From IMG/VR virus record IMGVR_UViG_3300024346_000003: 64,000 nt of DNA. One strand, given 5' to 3'. Shown here in pieces: positions 1-9,681 of this stretch. Position numbers and translations under genes: made by a program. The stretch is from a virus. Taxonomy: Duplodnaviria > Caudoviricetes. The number at the start of each line of letters is the position of its first letter. Positions within the stretch are counted from its first letter, which is position 1. The notes beneath the pieces are model-generated. The model had not been told where the DNA came from, did not search any database, and was given only the letters and a program-made list of their open reading frames with translations.

Positions 1-2
1 AA

Positions 3-215
3 TACAACATATTAAATGGGTTACCATACATTTATGTTAATGGTAGTTTAGATAATATTGATTTAATTTATGATAAAGTTGGTCTTGATGATAATGAAGA
101 AGAGTTATCAAAATGGGTTAGAGTTCCAGCTAGTAAAGAAAATTTATTATTTTTCCATGGTGAAAAAGATGTTGATATAATGGAAAAAATGATTGAAAAA
201 TTAAAAGAAATATGA
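3..215 (+). CDS. 3' end of a probable glycosyltransferase-like protein (partial)
   Basis: Open frame from nt 3 (YNILNGLPYIY...LLFFHGEKDVD...KLKEI) to TGA 213-215, overlapping the next ATG (ATGA). Not in the ORF track. C-terminal FFHGxK resembles GT-A enzymes. Confidence 0.5.
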   Translation, partial: YNILNGLPYIYVNGSLDNIDLIYDKVGLDDNEEELSKWVRVPASKENLLFFHGEKDVDIMEKMIEKLKEI

Positions 216-1360
216 ATTCAGAAGAAACTAGATTAAAGTATTTGAAAGAAATAAAAAACACTAAAATTAATATAATGAAACCTAAAGAACAAATGTCATT
301 TAATTACCATTTTGTAAATAATCCTTTTTTTGAAGTTATTGGGAATGTTGATGATGAGTTTTTAGTTGAGTTTTATGATAATAATATGGTATTAGTTCAT
401 TCAGCAACCATAAATAGTAATATGTGGACCAAGTTAAATAGAAAATATTTTACAGAATGGAATATTAAAGCTTATCGTAAAGGTGAATTAGTTTGTGATT
501 ATACTTTAGATTTATCAGATAAACGTGTGTTTATAACAATGGAGTCATCATCATTAGGTGATACTATTGCTTGGATACCTTATGTTGAAGAATTTAGAAA
601 AAAACATAATTGCAAAGTTATACTATCAACTTTCTGGAACAAACTATTAAAAGAATCATACCCTAATATTGAATTTGTTGAACCTGGAGTAACTGTGCAT
701 AATTTATTCGCTATGTATTCATTAGGTTGGTTTTATGACGAGGATGCTGAACCAGTATTACCAAACACAATTCCACTGCAACAAACTGCTACAAATATTT
801 TAGGTTTAGAATTTACTGAAATAAAACCAGATATTGATTTTAAACCAAAGGAAAATCCATACGATACAAAATATGTGACAATTGCACCAAATTCAACATC
901 AGGTCTTAAGTATTGGAATAATAAAACTGGTTGGCAAGAAGTAATTGATTTCTTAATTGAAAATGGTTACAAAGTTATCGATGTATCCAAAGAAGGGTCA
1001 AAATATAAAGGTGTTGAAAAATTAAAAGACTGCTCAATTGAAAATACAATGAATGTTATTCACCATAGCGAGTTCTTAATCGGACTTAGCTCTGGTTTAT
1101 CATGGTTATCTTGGGCGATTGGAAAACATGTTGTTATGATTTCTAATTTTACAGTAGAAGACCATGAGTTTACAAGTAACTGTACTAGAATTGTTAATAA
1201 ATCAGTATGTAACGGTTGTTGGAATAATCCAAATTATAAATTTGATAAGGGTGATTGGAATTGGTGTCCAGAACATAAAAACACTTATAAACAATTTGAA
1301 TGCCATAAAAGAATAACTGGTGACATGGTTATTACTGAAATTAAAAAATTATTAAAATGA
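212..1360 (+). CDS. AAH/TibC-family (GT9-like) protein O-heptosyltransferase homologue
   Basis: N-terminal beta module, SLGDTIAWIPYVEEFRKKH, FLIGLSSGLSWLSWAIG, and the four-Cys iron-site motif VCNGCWN..WCPEH...QFEC typical of TibC/AAH. Confidence 0.8.
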   Translation: MNSEETRLKYLKEIKNTKINIMKPKEQMSFNYHFVNNPFFEVIGNVDDEFLVEFYDNNMVLVHSATINSNMWTKLNRKYFTEWNIKAYRKGELVCDYTLDLSDKRVFITMESSSLGDTIAWIPYVEEFRKKHNCKVILSTFWNKLLKESYPNIEFVEPGVTVHNLFAMYSLGWFYDEDAEPVLPNTIPLQQTATNILGLEFTEIKPDIDFKPKENPYDTKYVTIAPNSTSGLKYWNNKTGWQEVIDFLIENGYKVIDVSKEGSKYKGVEKLKDCSIENTMNVIHHSEFLIGLSSGLSWLSWAIGKHVVMISNFTVEDHEFTSNCTRIVNKSVCNGCWNNPNYKFDKGDWNWCPEHKNTYKQFECHKRITGDMVITEIKKLLK

Positions 1361-2031
1361 ATTTAGATAACTTTGATTGGGGGTGGATGAATACATCAGA
1401 AGGTGAACACCACAAAGATTTAATAACATATGAAACTTTTGAAACTAAAATGTATGAAAGGTTTTTTGAAGTTGAGGAAAATGATATAGTTTTAGATGTT
1501 GGTGGTAGTATCGGGTCATTTACATATTCCATATTAGATAAAAAACCAAAACATGTTTATGTTATTGAACCAAGTGAATTAGAGTTTGAAACGTTAGTTA
1601 AAAATACTGTTGGGTACCCAGTAACACCAATACTTAAAGGTGTGTCTGATTATAATACGTATATTGAGAACCACCAAGTATATGGTGATGAAACACATAT
1701 GGAAGGTATTACATTTAAAAAATTAATTAAATTATATAATTTGGATAAAATTGATTTTTTAAAGACTGATTGTGAAGGTGGTGAATACTCAATATTTAAT
1801 GATGAAAATCTTGAATATATACAAAGCAATATTAAAAAGATTGTTGGTGAATGGCATTTGTTAACAGCAGAACTAAAAACTAAATTTATAAACTTTAGGG
1901 ATAATTATTTAGTTAAGTTCACAAATTACGAGGTGTACTCAATAGACGGTGTTAATATTAAATGGGATTTGTTCAACGAACACTTCATGGAATATTACAC
2001 TGAAGTAATAATATATATAGATAATAGATAA
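1357..2031 (+). CDS. FkbM-family SAM-dependent methyltransferase
   Basis: VLDVGGSIGSF SAM-binding motif, VYVIEPS, IDFLKTDCEGGE. Confidence 0.85.
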   Translation: MNLDNFDWGWMNTSEGEHHKDLITYETFETKMYERFFEVEENDIVLDVGGSIGSFTYSILDKKPKHVYVIEPSELEFETLVKNTVGYPVTPILKGVSDYNTYIENHQVYGDETHMEGITFKKLIKLYNLDKIDFLKTDCEGGEYSIFNDENLEYIQSNIKKIVGEWHLLTAELKTKFINFRDNYLVKFTNYEVYSIDGVNIKWDLFNEHFMEYYTEVIIYIDNR

Positions 2032-2034
2032 AAT

Positions 2035-2409
2035 ATGGAAATAGAAGTTTCAATAGGAGAGATAGTTGATAAATTATCAATCTTGGATATCAAAAGAAGA
2101 AGAATAACAAATAGTGATAAATTATTTAAAATTGAAAATGAGTATAATTACCTACATAAAATTGTATTTACTGATTTAAATATTAACACACATGATTATG
2201 AACAATTGTTAATAATAAATGAACAATTATGGGATATTGAAGATGATATTAGAATCAAAGAAAAAAATAAAGAATTTGATGAACCGTTTATCGAATTAGC
2301 TAGATTAGTTTACATAACCAATGATATTAGGTTTGAACTTAAAAAAGTTATTAACATAAAGTATGGTTCAAACTTTTCTGAAGAAAAATCATATGAACCA
2401 TATAATTAA
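2035..2409 (+). CDS. DUF6165-like protein (usually linked to GT9 genes)
   Basis: MEIEVSIGEIVDKLSILDIK...LWDIEDDIR...ARLVYITNDIR..LKK.IN. Confidence 0.7.
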   Translation: MEIEVSIGEIVDKLSILDIKRRRITNSDKLFKIENEYNYLHKIVFTDLNINTHDYEQLLIINEQLWDIEDDIRIKEKNKEFDEPFIELARLVYITNDIRFELKKVINIKYGSNFSEEKSYEPYN

Positions 2410-2898
2410 TTAAAACTTTTTATCAGTTTTCTTCTTAAAATATTTTTCCCTAAGTGCTTTTCTAGCTTGGGTGTATTCCCACGCATCTAAAGCATGTTGT
2501 TTTTGACCAAATGCAAAGTTTAATAATCTACTAAACCAAAGTCCAAATCTATTCAACTTACCTTCTTTTTGTAATTTACCAACACTTGCTGATACAGAAA
2601 TATCTCTATCAGTAAATGTTGTATTTTCTTCAGCTGTCATAAAATCTTCAAGTATTTCACCATTCACATTCCATATTAAATCTAAAGAATATGCTAACTC
2701 ATACAGTATATGACCTAAAGCAAAGAATACACCATCTATTAGTCGCCACCAGAATATAAAAAATGCATACCATTTTTTTAATGTTATTGTCAACCAAATA
2801 GAATAACCTAATGAATACGCAGTACCCATTGTTATCATTAAACAACTCACTATTGTAGCCCATATTAAAGCCCAAACTCCTTGAAAAAATTCTTTCAT
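2410..2898 (-). CDS. hypothetical membrane protein
   Basis: 162 aa with two N-terminal hydrophobic helices. Confidence 0.6.
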   Translation of the reverse strand: MKEFFQGVWALIWATIVSCLMITMGTAYSLGYSIWLTITLKKWYAFFIFWWRLIDGVFFALGHILYELAYSLDLIWNVNGEILEDFMTAEENTTFTDRDISVSASVGKLQKEGKLNRFGLWFSRLLNFAFGQKQHALDAWEYTQARKALREKYFKKKTDKKF

Positions 2899-2909
2899 AA
2901 TTAATTTTT

Positions 2910-3659
2910 TTATTCTAATCTTAATCTATCAATAATACCATCCTTAATAGTTTGTGTTAAATATGGTTTTGTAGAATTGGTTATAGCGGTTCTTAACGGG
3001 TCAGTATACCCATCTATGAATAAATCAACTTCTGTTTTTACACCACTTAATAAATCGAATGACTGTGTCTGACCAATTTGAAATAATGTGTATGATTTAG
3101 TATCAGCAATTATATTACCCCTTCTATCTAACCCTTCTTGTATTGCCTCATCTGTTGAATAATATTTTATAATATTTTTCTCAACACCAATAGTGTCATC
3201 ACTTAAATACCATTTTATATTTAAATTTCTATTTTTAATTAAACCATTAACATCTCTAATGCAAACCATATTTTCTTCTAAAATCAATTCAGAATAGGTG
3301 ATACCATCATAATTTTTAAAATACTCAACCTTTATTAAATTACCGTATAAAATTGTTCTTTTTTTATGAAACCCTAATATATCATAATTGATATCAGAAG
3401 GGTTAATAATTGAATCAGTTATCTTATATTGTACATTAATATATTGTGGTTTTATATCTTCAGGTAATAAGTTATAAAGCTCAATTCTAACGATAGGTTT
3501 ATAATATGTAATTGTTTCATCAATTGAATTATTTACCAATTGATACATATTACCATTAAATAAATAATCTCTTATTTCATCATTTAATGGTACATATTCA
3601 ATATATAAACCATCCTCGAATAGTTCATATCTATTTAATTTTATGTCGAATAATTTCAT
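2910..3659 (-). CDS. hypothetical protein (virion-gene operon)
   Basis: 249-aa ORF tightly coupled downstream of the fibre genes. Confidence 0.6.
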   Translation of the reverse strand: MKLFDIKLNRYELFEDGLYIEYVPLNDEIRDYLFNGNMYQLVNNSIDETITYYKPIVRIELYNLLPEDIKPQYINVQYKITDSIINPSDINYDILGFHKKRTILYGNLIKVEYFKNYDGITYSELILEENMVCIRDVNGLIKNRNLNIKWYLSDDTIGVEKNIIKYYSTDEAIQEGLDRRGNIIADTKSYTLFQIGQTQSFDLLSGVKTEVDLFIDGYTDPLRTAITNSTKPYLTQTIKDGIIDRLRLE

Positions 3660-3662
3660 AGT

Positions 3663-4547
3663 TTAATAATCAGTTTCATAATATATAGATACATAATCAA
3701 GACCAACAGCTGAAGCTGTTGCATTATTAGTTCTATAATCGTTATTTGATAATAGTGCTGTATTTAAAGGTAAAGCTACACCAGCAGCTCCAGTTAACGT
3801 ACCCATAGCAACATCACCAGTATTTAATCTCTCAACCCTATAACCAACACTATTCGTTGAAGATGGACTATTAAATAAAGCTAACTCATATAAATCAGTA
3901 CTTCTTGTATTTGATGGAAATAATGCCCCTAAATTAATTGGTGTTTGGGCTGCTGAACCTCCGTAATATATTCTTAAGGTTGTATCGGCAGCACCATGAC
4001 CAACGCCAATTACGTTAGTTAATGTTGATGGTTCAACATTTACTGGTGAAGTAGCGATGTTTCTTAAACCAACAAACATTCTAGCACCAGCTACCGCAGC
4101 AGCATCAGATATACCAAATCTAACCACATAATAAAAACCACCACCAGTTAATATAGCGCCAGACCCCATTGTTAAAATTAATGAAGTAAGTCTTTGACCA
4201 GTTAATGAACCAGCGGGTGTTCCTGATAATACTTTAAGTCTTCTTGTTCTGGTGAAAAGGTTAGTAGTTGATAAAGCAACTGCTGTTGCTGTACCTGTAA
4301 TTACCATTGGACCTAAACCGAATGTAGTAGTAGCAACAGTTATCCCATTTGCAGTCCAATAACCAACTTTATTGGCAAATAATCCTGATTGAAACGAATA
4401 ATCAACTCCACTAGGACCTACTTGTCCATACATAAGTCTACCACCTCTATCTTTTAATTGTAAAAAAGCACCATCAGGAATTGGTAATGGTTGTGTCACT
4501 GTTTTAGGTGTAAATACTACACCATTGTTTATATTAAATTCTGCCAT
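3663..4547 (-). CDS. putative virion/fibre-associated beta-rich protein
   Basis: 294 aa, Gly/Thr/Ala-rich, in the fibre operon. Confidence 0.5.
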   Translation of the reverse strand: MAEFNINNGVVFTPKTVTQPLPIPDGAFLQLKDRGGRLMYGQVGPSGVDYSFQSGLFANKVGYWTANGITVATTTFGLGPMVITGTATAVALSTTNLFTRTRRLKVLSGTPAGSLTGQRLTSLILTMGSGAILTGGGFYYVVRFGISDAAAVAGARMFVGLRNIATSPVNVEPSTLTNVIGVGHGAADTTLRIYYGGSAAQTPINLGALFPSNTRSTDLYELALFNSPSSTNSVGYRVERLNTGDVAMGTLTGAAGVALPLNTALLSNNDYRTNNATASAVGLDYVSIYYETDY

Positions 4548-4556
4548 ATTATTTTT

Positions 4557-7500
4557 TTATGTATGTCTAACTATTATTGAACTAAACCATGAAATTGATG
4601 TTGCAGCTTCACCAGTAACTTGTACTAGTATATCTGAACCAGATATTGACATCGATACCGCTGCTGATGAAAATGACGTATTTTGTGTTATTACCTGTGA
4701 ACCAATTTGAGTTATAACACCAGCTTTATTAATAAAACTACCAAGTATTTTACTTGTGATACCTCTATTAAAAACACTATCATATGCTAATACATTTGAT
4801 TCAATCATATATACTTTATTAGATGATAAAGTGATAGTTTCAAGTGTTGTAATTGTAGCATTACCTGTTGATGTTGAACTATTACCATTATGTGTAAAAT
4901 CGCCAAGCAATGTTAATATTGAACCATCAAATGTTAATGCTGATTCACCATTAATTGACCCAGCAACACCAGTCGCAGTTAATAGATAATTATCAACATT
5001 ATTACTTATTGTAACACCACCAGCACCACTAGTACCAGATGTACCATTAGTTCCACTTACACCAATACCACCACTAGTACCCGATGTACCAAAGAATGTA
5101 CCATCAACACCACTAGTACCCGATGTTCCAGATGTACCACTAGTTCCTGAAGTACCATATATTGCTTTTAATTTAGTAACACTTAAAACCGCATTATTAA
5201 CTAAACCACCCGAAGAAGCAACATAACGTGATGCTAATGAAACATAATCACCAGCTGATAAAATTTCTTGAGTAGTAATACCAACAGTCATTTTATCCGT
5301 ACTTGAATTTTTACCTTGAATCAAACTACCATTTAAAACGGTTAAAGCATTTTTAGTAACAGCAAATTCAAAGTCGTTTGTTGTGGTACCTTGAGCAACA
5401 TCACAATGGTAATGTATTGAGTATAATCCACTATCATAAACATAAATTCTATCAGTATTTGTGTTATCATGAGCGATAACTGCGGAATCATTTTCAACAT
5501 CTGTAACATCAAAAGGTATCAATGCTGGTGCAAGTGTTAACGTATACGATGTAGTCCTTCTAGCTTGAGCAACTACCATATCACCAGTTACCGCAAAACC
5601 AGATATTGACCCACTTGTACCACTAGTTCCAGATGTACCATTAGTCCCACTCACACCAGTACCTGATGTTCCAGATGTACCATTATCACCACTACTACCT
5701 GATGTACCCGTTGTTCCACTAGTTCCACTTGTACCTGTAGTTCCAGACGAACCATTAGCACCACTACTACCTGATGTGCCAGATGTACCACTTGTACCTG
5801 ACGAACCATTTGCACCACTACTACCACTAGTTCCAGTTGTACCAGAAGACCCATTAGCACCACTACTACCTGATGTACCACTCGTACCAGTTGACCCTGA
5901 AGTTCCAGTTGTACCTGAAGTACCTGATGAACCATTCACCCCACTACTACCACTAGTACCTGACGTTCCACTTGAACCATTATCACCACTACTACCTGAT
6001 GTACCCGTTGTTCCAGATGAACCAGAGGTTCCACTTGTTGCAGATGAACCTGATGTACCCGAACTACCGTTAGCACCACTTGAACCTGATGTACCACTTG
6101 TAGCTGAACTACCTGACGTTCCCGAAGTTCCTGTTGTACCTGACGAACCATTAGCACCAGATGAACCACTAGTCCCCGTTGTTCCACTTGAACCATTTAC
6201 ACCACTTGAACCTGATGTACCACTTGTAGCTGAACTACCTGACGTTCCCGTAGTACCAGATGTTCCTGATGTTCCACTTGAACCGTTAGCTCCACTACTA
6301 CCAGATGTTCCACTTGTAGCTGATGTACCTGAAGTACCACTCGTACCAGTTGTTCCACTAGTTCCAGAAGTTGCTGATGTTCCACTAGTTCCACTTGTAG
6401 CTGAACTACCTGATGTTCCACTTGTACCCGATGTACCGCTAGTTCCAGAGCTACCCGATGTACCAGACGTACCATCAGAACCACCACTTCTATAATATAC
6501 AGTACCATTAGTATCTGTAACCATAAATCTAGTTAAAGTGGGGTTATTAGTTAATCCAGTAACATTAATATTTGAAGTTTCTAATAAATCGACATTAACG
6601 ATATTATTATTACCCATATTTAAATTTCCAGACATAGGTCTAGCACCATCAACTAATAGATATTGTAAGTGGTCATCTGATGAAAGCCCTAATAAGTTAG
6701 CATGTAATGATGATGCATTTACCCCACCAGCTTTAAACCCAATAACTGGTCTAATATCTTCAAATTGTGTAATACCTGTTAAACCTTGTTGAATATATAT
6801 GTTTGCAATTTGAGCAACTGAATCATTAAAAAAAGTTGGAGGTGTTGGTAATAAAGCATTTTCAGCTTGAACCAATGTTGCATATTCATTTTGACCTAAT
6901 ACTAAAAAATATTTTTCATATGAACCATCACCAACAATATAAAGAGTGTGTTTTGTAAAATAATTTGTAGTTAATCCAGATAAAACACCATTATTATCAA
7001 AATCTGTATTATTAACAATAGTTGTACCTGATGTAATCCAACCACCAAGACCATCTCTACGATATTGTAAAAATGATATAGGTGAACCACCGATAGTTGT
7101 ATAAACATTAGTTGAATAATAATACTCACCAGCGGTAACATCTAAAGTAAATCCAGTAGTTCCTTCTGTGACAATAGAACCATAAGCATAAATTGGACCC
7201 AAAGCTTCCCTAAATAAATTACCATATCTATTTGAGGTGTGGTCAGCATTTAATGGACTTAAATCAATAAAAACAACACCTGTTGAATCTGTAACAACCC
7301 TACCTAAAATTATATTATTTACTGAACTTGGTCTACTACCAGAACTTGATAAAATACTATTTTCATTTATATAAATGTAATCATTTGTATTTGGTAATAA
7401 AGTAATTTGAGAATTACCCCAATCAATTCTAACTATAACACTAGGTGATAGTGTTTTAGCCAAATAACCAAAACCAATTTTTACTGTAACTGTAAATCCA

Positions 7501-9530
7501 CTATCGAGTATAATAGTACCACCTTCCATTAGACCCATCGACCCACCTTGAAATATTAAAGTTGTAAAATCTGTATGGGTTCCGTCTGCAAATGTTACAG
7601 AAGCTTTTCTTGTAATTTCTAATTCACCATCATCAATATCTAGATAAGACCAATATATGTCAGAACTGTTTGTAAATATTTTTTGGTGACTAGAACTACC
7701 ACCAAAAGTACCAAATGTGTCAATTTGTTCAACATATAAATCCCATTCCCCATTTACAATACTTACATTATCAATATCAAACATAATTGGGTCTCCCACA
7801 TTTGGATTTCTAATGCCATATGTAAAACCATCTATTGTAATTGTACTACAATATAATCCAGCACCATCTTGAACAAAGTATGCAGTACTACCTGAAACAC
7901 CATTACTTGCATTGTCACCAACAAAAACACTTAATGTTGCACCACTACCTGATACATAGTTACAATAAGTCACATTTGCTCCCGTTGGGAAGTTAAAATA
8001 GTTTTCCATATTGGCTAACGCCTCATAACCGTTGTTTCCTATAACTTTTGTTCCATAAGTATATGTACCATTATAATCAACATATTCACCATAAAACTTA
8101 GTATCTTGAGTGTTTGATTCAACCCAGATATTTGTATCGCAATCGTAAAATGATATTTTATGTGCTTGACCGAAATCACCAATATCATAAACATAAATAC
8201 CAGCATACCCAACTCCAGAACCACTAAGACTTAAAAAAGATATTTCATTATTAACTCCTAATTTCATTATATGTTGTGATGATGTTGCTGGTAATATTTG
8301 TGTTGTTTGGATATTACTACCAACAATACTTACGTATGGTGTTTGTGTTAAATCAATTTCGTTTTCTGTAAATTGACCAGGACCAACCTGAATAACATAT
8401 CTACTATTAGAAGATGTTGACCCACTAGCAATTAAATAATCAACTGCTGATTTTATAGATGTAAAATCAGCACCTTTTTTTGCTACAGTAATTATTCTAG
8501 CATCTTGACCAACCTCATAAAGTGGTGAATTTATATTTATTCTTGTTTTTAAGAAATTATCAGTACCTTGAACCTTACCAATTGCACCAGAATGTATTAT
8601 ATCAACATCCTTTGTACAGTTTTCAAAATTAAGTGAAATAGCATCAATACTTGGTGCAGAACCAACTTGCGGTGCATAAATACCCGTAGCCCATCTTTGA
8701 AAATTAACACCTGTCAATCTTAAAGATGCACCATTCTCAATCCAGAACCCAACACCAGCAGCACTACCGCTTGCCTTTGTTAATAAACAACCATTAACAA
8801 TAAACGCACAACCAGGTTGGTCAGCCTTAGCGAATACTAATCCAGCTGTTGTTGCAACACCACCATTTGTTGATGTTACGTTTCTTAATTGCATTCTACC
8901 TATACCTGAACCATCGTTTGTACAATAGAACCCTAAAGTAAATGGATAACCACCGTATTTTACATTTGAACATTGCATAATACAGTTACCACCAGAAGTA
9001 CCAACAACTTTAGCATGTGTATAGTTAGTACCAAATCTTACATTTTCAACATAAAATATAGCATTTAATTGAGGTGTTGTAGGTGATGAATAATATACAG
9101 CCGCAACACCAGTACCAGTACAACCTTGAATTTGTACGTTATTAATCATAGATTGGTCAGCACCAATAATTAATGATACATTTGGATTTATAGCTTGTAT
9201 AATTGTATTTGTTGCACTTTCACCAATAACATCAACATATGATTTCATGGTTATGGTGTTTTCATAGAATACGCCAGGACCAACTGCAACAACATAAGTA
9301 TTTGTTGACGAAGCACCAGTGATACTATCAACCGCCGCTTTAATTGAATTAAAATCTACAGTACTCCCAGAAAGACCAACGGTAACTAAATTTTTAACAT
9401 TAATTAAATCATTAATATTTCTACTTTTTACAAGACCAACATTATCAATAGCTAATACTTCATTTTCAGTTGTACCACTATTTATCGACTTAATAATTAT
9501 ACCTTTTCTGGCTACAAATTCATTTGACAT
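4557..9530 (-). CDS. large virion fibre protein: beta-helix-like N-terminus, Gly-X-Y (GTS) tract, C1q/BclA-C-like domain
   Basis: 1657 aa; two pectin-lyase-like lead-ins (DFNSIKAAVDSI, DFTSIKSAVDYL); about 288-aa GTS tract; then IPFD...VYDSGLYSIHYH (C1q/TNF-like); second short GTS tract. Confidence 0.7.
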   Translation of the reverse strand: MSNEFVARKGIIIKSINSGTTENEVLAIDNVGLVKSRNINDLINVKNLVTVGLSGSTVDFNSIKAAVDSITGASSTNTYVVAVGPGVFYENTITMKSYVDVIGESATNTIIQAINPNVSLIIGADQSMINNVQIQGCTGTGVAAVYYSSPTTPQLNAIFYVENVRFGTNYTHAKVVGTSGGNCIMQCSNVKYGGYPFTLGFYCTNDGSGIGRMQLRNVTSTNGGVATTAGLVFAKADQPGCAFIVNGCLLTKASGSAAGVGFWIENGASLRLTGVNFQRWATGIYAPQVGSAPSIDAISLNFENCTKDVDIIHSGAIGKVQGTDNFLKTRININSPLYEVGQDARIITVAKKGADFTSIKSAVDYLIASGSTSSNSRYVIQVGPGQFTENEIDLTQTPYVSIVGSNIQTTQILPATSSQHIMKLGVNNEISFLSLSGSGVGYAGIYVYDIGDFGQAHKISFYDCDTNIWVESNTQDTKFYGEYVDYNGTYTYGTKVIGNNGYEALANMENYFNFPTGANVTYCNYVSGSGATLSVFVGDNASNGVSGSTAYFVQDGAGLYCSTITIDGFTYGIRNPNVGDPIMFDIDNVSIVNGEWDLYVEQIDTFGTFGGSSSHQKIFTNSSDIYWSYLDIDDGELEITRKASVTFADGTHTDFTTLIFQGGSMGLMEGGTIILDSGFTVTVKIGFGYLAKTLSPSVIVRIDWGNSQITLLPNTNDYIYINENSILSSSGSRPSSVNNIILGRVVTDSTGVVFIDLSPLNADHTSNRYGNLFREALGPIYAYGSIVTEGTTGFTLDVTAGEYYYSTNVYTTIGGSPISFLQYRRDGLGGWITSGTTIVNNTDFDNNGVLSGLTTNYFTKHTLYIVGDGSYEKYFLVLGQNEYATLVQAENALLPTPPTFFNDSVAQIANIYIQQGLTGITQFEDIRPVIGFKAGGVNASSLHANLLGLSSDDHLQYLLVDGARPMSGNLNMGNNNIVNVDLLETSNINVTGLTNNPTLTRFMVTDTNGTVYYRSGGSDGTSGTSGSSGTSGTSGTSGTSGSSATSGTSGTSATSGTSGTTGTSGTSGTSATSGTSGSSGANGSSGTSGTSGTTGTSGSSATSGTSGSSGVNGSSGTTGTSGSSGANGSSGTTGTSGTSGSSATSGTSGSSGANGSSGTSGSSATSGTSGSSGTTGTSGSSGDNGSSGTSGTSGSSGVNGSSGTSGTTGTSGSTGTSGTSGSSGANGSSGTTGTSGSSGANGSSGTSGTSGTSGSSGANGSSGTTGTSGTSGTTGTSGSSGDNGTSGTSGTGVSGTNGTSGTSGTSGSISGFAVTGDMVVAQARRTTSYTLTLAPALIPFDVTDVENDSAVIAHDNTNTDRIYVYDSGLYSIHYHCDVAQGTTTNDFEFAVTKNALTVLNGSLIQGKNSSTDKMTVGITTQEILSAGDYVSLASRYVASSGGLVNNAVLSVTKLKAIYGTSGTSGTSGTSGTSGVDGTFFGTSGTSGGIGVSGTNGTSGTSGAGGVTISNNVDNYLLTATGVAGSINGESALTFDGSILTLLGDFTHNGNSSTSTGNATITTLETITLSSNKVYMIESNVLAYDSVFNRGITSKILGSFINKAGVITQIGSQVITQNTSFSSAAVSMSISGSDILVQVTGEAATSISWFSSIIVRHT
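5020..5155 (-). repeat. short second GTS repeat tract
   Basis: [20 protein letters not shown]...GTSGAGG. Confidence 0.85.
5610..6473 (-). repeat. Gly-Thr-Ser triplet coding repeat (about 288 aa)
   Basis: [21 protein letters not shown] triplets, 9-nt periodicity, one 2-residue register break. Confidence 0.95.
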
Positions 9531-9546
9531 AATATATACGTTTAGT

Positions 9547-9623
9547 ATTATTTTTGGACAATAAGATATATGTTTGACTACTCACCAAGATATTAAACTA
9601 TTTCTTCACTGTCCAAAATAATC
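9547..9623 (-). promoter_or_regulatory. long imperfect hairpin in the 5' leader of the 1657-aa fibre gene
   Basis: Minus-strand ATTATTTTGGACA...TGTCCAAAAATAAT (one bulge) with further inner pairing; lies between the ATATTTAT motif and the ATG. Confidence 0.5.
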
Positions 9624-9629
9624 TTACTA

Positions 9630-9637
9630 ATAAATAT
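9630..9637 (-). promoter_or_regulatory. putative late promoter ATATTTAT
   Basis: Same octamer recurs upstream of 11 genes/operons, most of them structural. Confidence 0.65.
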
Positions 9638-9681
9638 TAGATTATATTGAAAAATTTTATAAATTAAATGATAAAAAGATA

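Noticed and set aside
5651-6508. Long alternative-frame and antisense ORFs (PLVPDV- and VVHQV-rich) over the GTS tract
   Set aside because: Shadows of the 9-nt coding repeat; no start context and purely derivative composition.
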